Shown piece after piece: positions 62,709 to 64,000 of a stretch of DNA of 64,000 bases (position 1 is its first letter; every line of letters begins with the position of its first letter). The stretch lies in the NCBI GenBank assembly GCA_937901475.1, contig CALGTL010000162.1:64948-128947 (forward strand). The letters are read 5' to 3'. Source of the DNA: an uncultured Dehalococcoidia bacterium. GTDB taxonomy: Bacteria > Chloroflexota > Dehalococcoidia > Lucifugimonadales > Australimonadaceae. The notes under the pieces were generated by a model. The model was not told where the DNA came from. It saw nothing but the letters and a program-made list of their open reading frames with translations, and searched no databases. The translations under genes were made by a program, and so were the position numbers.

Positions 62709-64000
62709 CTAGGTCGCGGTAGTAGTCTTTTCTTCTTCCGCGTTCCCACTAGACGTGCGCAGCGAAGACTGTTCCATCTCCAATGCGCTGCTGCCAACCG
62801 ATTCCCGGGCATCGGAAGCTTCTTGAGCCTCCTGCGCCATTGCATCCCTCACCGTGTGAGGCTGAACGGAACCAACGAGGATGCCTTCGCTGTCGGTAAC
62901 TGCCAACGCGCTCTCCTCGTGCTGCACGAGGGGAAGCGCCGACTCTACGGGAGTATTCACCGCAAGAGCAGGGTATTCGTCACTAATACAAGCATTCACG
63001 ATGGTAGCGTCGCCGCGCTGTTTTGCCTCGGCTGCAGAGTTAAACGACACGACACCTACGTAATGGCCCTCTGCGTCAACTACAAAGGCTGATACGACAC
63101 CGACGCGCGCCATCTCCTCGATGGCCTTGCTCGGTGTGTAAGACTCGCGCACTTGGAGCCCCGGCTCCTCCATGAGCGTACGAAGCGTCACGATAGACGT
63201 TCGGCGAACGTCTCTAACAAACTCCGCAACGTAGTCGTCGGCGGGGTGCGCGAGAATTTCTTCAGGCGTACCCAACTGAATAACAACTCCATCGCGCATT
63301 ATCATGATGTGGGTCCCAAGCTTGAGTGCTTCGGCCAGATCGTGAGTGATGAAGATGAGAGTCTTGTGCAGCTGCTCTTGTAGGCGGACCAGTTCGCCCT
63401 GCATATCACGACGAATCAGCGGGTCTAGCCCGCTGAATGGCTCATCCATGAGTAGTATGTCCGGATCGGCAGCAATCGCCCGGGCAAGCCCGACGCGTTG
63501 CTGCATACCGCCACTTAACGCTGCAGGACGATAATCTTCCCAGCCTTGGAGGCCAACCATCTCCAAAGTCTCCCGCGCCCTCTCCAAGCGCTCAGCCTTT
63601 GGCATGTTCTGAACCTCAAGACCCCAAGCTGCGTTCTCCAGCACCGTGCGGTGCGGCAGCAAGCCAAAGTGCTGGAAGACCATGGCTGTTTTCCGGCGTC
63701 GGAACTCAACAAGCTCTTGTTCAGAGTACTCGAGGACATTCTCACCATCGACAAGGATCTCGCCATAAGACGGCTCAATTAAACGAATAAGAGTGCGTAC
63801 GAGCGTTGATTTACCACTACCCGATAGACCCATGACAACGAACGTCTCGCCTTCTTGTACGTCGAAGTTGACATCTTTAAGCGCGAGAACGACTCCGTCG
63901 TCTTCACGCATATCTGCTTTGCTTTTTGTTGCGATGCTCGCGGGCACATCTCCGCCGGTCGCCTTATGACCGAAAACCTTCCACAGTCCTCGAATGCTTA
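62709..64000 (-). CDS. proV: Glycine betaine/proline ABC transporter ATP-binding protein with tandem CBS domains (5' end outside window)
   Basis: GLSGSGKSTLVR, LSGGMQQRVGLARA, ILLMDEPFSGLDP, and the C-terminal CBS pair. The frame stays open to nt 64000 (…SIRGLWKVFGHKATGG… parallels E. coli ProV EIKNLYKIFG), so the ATG at 63947 is internal. Confidence 0.9.
   Translation of the reverse strand, partial: SIRGLWKVFGHKATGGDVPASIATKSKADMREDDGVVLALKDVNFDVQEGETFVVMGLSGSGKSTLVRTLIRLIEPSYGEILVDGENVLEYSEQELVEFRRRKTAMVFQHFGLLPHRTVLENAAWGLEVQNMPKAERLERARETLEMVGLQGWEDYRPAALSGGMQQRVGLARAIAADPDILLMDEPFSGLDPLIRRDMQGELVRLQEQLHKTLIFITHDLAEALKLGTHIMIMRDGVVIQLGTPEEILAHPADDYVAEFVRDVRRTSIVTLRTLMEEPGLQVRESYTPSKAIEEMARVGVVSAFVVDAEGHYVGVVSFNSAAEAKQRGDATIVNACISDEYPALAVNTPVESALPLVQHEESALAVTDSEGILVGSVQPHTVRDAMAQEAQEASDARESVGSSALEMEQSSLRTSSGNAEEEKTTTAT

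Noticed and set aside
1-64000. Global reassignment of TGA (genetic code 4 or 25) as the explanation for the two in-frame TGAs.
   Set aside because: TGA terminates 13 of my gene calls at family-typical C-termini, for example gltX, ltaE, the ABC ATPase and the GNAT gene. For the free-standing GNAT gene (stop at 16030-16032), which I checked explicitly, reading through TGA would add tens of residues of unrelated sequence. The residues expected at the two sites (Cys, and Lys/Arg/Glu) do not match a single Trp or Gly reassignment.
1-64000. CRISPR arrays, insertion sequences, integrases, prophage or toxin-antitoxin modules.
   Set aside because: - I saw no spaced direct-repeat array.
- No ORF shows transposase, integrase or recombinase motifs.
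- No small paired ORFs typical of TA systems are present.
- The only repeats found are hairpin terminators, the 14-nt tandem at 54068 and the ancient intragenic duplication in the loader gene.

Overview
Gene-dense chromosomal window from a moderately GC-rich bacterium. I call about 61 protein-coding genes, 4 tRNAs and several hairpin terminators. I found no rRNA, CRISPR array, transposase, integrase, prophage or recognisable defence system. The taxon cannot be fixed without a search; the many paralogous oxidoreductases, amidases and MFS transporters look Chloroflexota-like, but that is inference only.

Layout:
- 0-18 kb, housekeeping: purL; a translationally coupled rplI-dnaB-DnaD-like-double DnaC-like-HIT-crcB string; leuS; an orphan sbcC/rad50-like ATPase; etfBA.
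- 18-38 kb, mixed: hypotheticals, a two-domain nuclease, TolB-like propeller, AlkD-like repair protein, two oxidoreductases flanking tRNA-Glu, an ABC-2 exporter, tam, tRNA-Gln, gltX, rluD-lspA, ltaE, rarA, a moaD-moaE fusion.
- 38-58 kb, accessory catabolic cluster: 2 MFS transporters, 2 class II aldolases, 2 GatC-like+amidase pairs, HAD, Gfo/Idh/MocA, CoxG-like, GMC, isochorismatase-like, SDR. It is interrupted by nadC, miaB, tRNA-Ser and tRNA-Ala.
- 58-64 kb: proVWX-type betaine transporter, 5' partial at the window end.

Most interesting observations:
1. Two neighbouring oxidoreductase genes are each broken by exactly one in-frame TGA. In the Zn-dependent alcohol dehydrogenase the TGA replaces the catalytic zinc-ligand Cys and is followed 9 nt later by a perfect 19-nt hairpin. 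That is a SECIS-like geometry, so this is a candidate selenoprotein; the alternative is a recent nonsense mutation.
2. Stop-codon usage in my gene calls is TAG-dominated (31 TAG, 17 TAA, 13 TGA). Over half of the TGA stops sit inside start/stop overlaps.
3. The helicase loader is internally duplicated, with two full DnaC/DnaI-type AAA+ modules plus a CxxCxGxG zinc motif, and is coupled to the chromosomal dnaB.
4. A 593-aa protein combines a PD-(D/E)xK nuclease with a DEDDy exonuclease.
5. Two GatC-like/amidase pairs occur without gatB, which resembles the AtzG/AtzE arrangement.

All functional calls rest on motif recognition by eye; no database search was possible.
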